A DNA stretch of 32,000 bases, taken from NCBI GenBank assembly GCA_035390665.1, contig DAOOUC010000002.1:30001-62000 (forward strand). The letters run 5' to 3'. Within the stretch, counting starts at the first letter, position 1. The number at the start of each line of letters is the position of its first letter. This DNA is from an archaeon (lineage in GTDB: Archaea; Iainarchaeota; Iainarchaeia; Iainarchaeales; CSSED10-239). Positions 31,651-32,000 of this stretch are shown here, piece by piece. The position numbers were made by a program, and so were the translations under genes. The notes under the pieces were generated by a model. The model had not been told where the DNA came from. It saw only the letters and a list, made by a program, of their open reading frames with translations, and did not search any database.

Positions 31651-32000
31651 ATGAAATTTGATAGATCTACAATTTACAATTCTTCTTTTTTAAATATTTA
31701 TGCATATTGTACAGAGAAGATTTGTGTTGTACCAAATAGTATTCTTCCAAAAGAAGAAAGAAAGATTGAAGAAATTCTAGATGTAAAAGTTGTTAAAACA
31801 CATATCAATCGTTCTTCTCTTATTGGAGTTTATCTTTCTGGTGTTGGAAATAAAGTTATTGTAGAAAAAAATAGCATCTATCCTGAAGAAATAGAAATTC
31901 TGGAAAAAGAAGGAATAAAAGTTAAAACATTAAGTAATCCAGATAATGCTTTTGGTAATCTTCTAGCTATTAATTCAAATTATGGTTTTGCAAGTCCTTT
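31651..32000 (+). CDS. eif6: translation initiation factor 6 (aIF6), 5' part (continues beyond window)
   Basis: An ATG 2 nt after the rpl31e stop opens a frame running to the window end. It contains ..INRSSLIGVYLSGVGNKVIV.. and ..AFGNLLAINSNYGFASP, typical eIF6 repeats. This is also the canonical position after L39e-L31e. Confidence 0.85.
   Translation, partial: MKFDRSTIYNSSFLNIYAYCTEKICVVPNSILPKEERKIEEILDVKVVKTHINRSSLIGVYLSGVGNKVIVEKNSIYPEEIEILEKEGIKVKTLSNPDNAFGNLLAINSNYGFASP

Noticed and set aside
1-32000. Search for CRISPR arrays, rRNA, IS elements, integrases and long direct or inverted repeats
   Set aside because: No regularly spaced repeats, no rRNA-like GC-rich blocks longer than about 80 nt, and no transposase or integrase motifs were seen. 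The only repeats are in-frame low-complexity ones (dnaG, acidic mini-ORF, L31e tail).

Overview
Very AT-rich, tightly packed archaeal chromosomal segment. Archaeal markers include thermosome, Hjc resolvase, archaeal DnaG, Kae1, Pth2, RNase P Rpp21 and an S19e-L39e-L31e-aIF6 block, and many starts are preceded by GGAGGTGA-like Shine-Dalgarno sites. The gene content, tiny intergenic gaps, many unassignable secreted or membrane proteins and a tRNA-Ile(UAU) fit a small-genome DPANN-type archaeon; this is inference, since no search was possible. Translation functions dominate: IleRS, AsnRS, CysRS, a bacterial-type AsnA, an m5C RNA methyltransferase with a PUA-like partner, and 7 tRNAs folded by hand (Gln-UUG, Ile-GAU, Ile-UAU, Asn-GUU, Val-UAC, Leu-AAG, Gly-GCC). 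I saw no rRNA, CRISPR array, transposase or integrase. The most interesting observations are: (1) two related GC-rich 66-74 nt elements fused to the 5' ends of tRNA-Asn and tRNA-Leu, sharing a 25-nt box (19/25 identical) that ends exactly at tRNA +1 and matching no RNA family I know; (2) an asnS / tRNA-Asn / asnA module whose asnA has a disrupted 5' end (in-frame TGA or 1-nt frameshift); (3) unusual decoding tRNAs (Ile-UAU; Leu with A34 and A37); (4) two tandem hyperacidic mini-proteins below the ORF-track cutoff, near an acidic-tailed histone-fold protein; (5) a Kae1-coupled unknown protein where Bud32 is usually found; (6) an AAA/DUF4143 ATPase preceded by a four-half-site GTGCA/TGCAC operator-like array. 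About a third of the CDSs could not be assigned a function.
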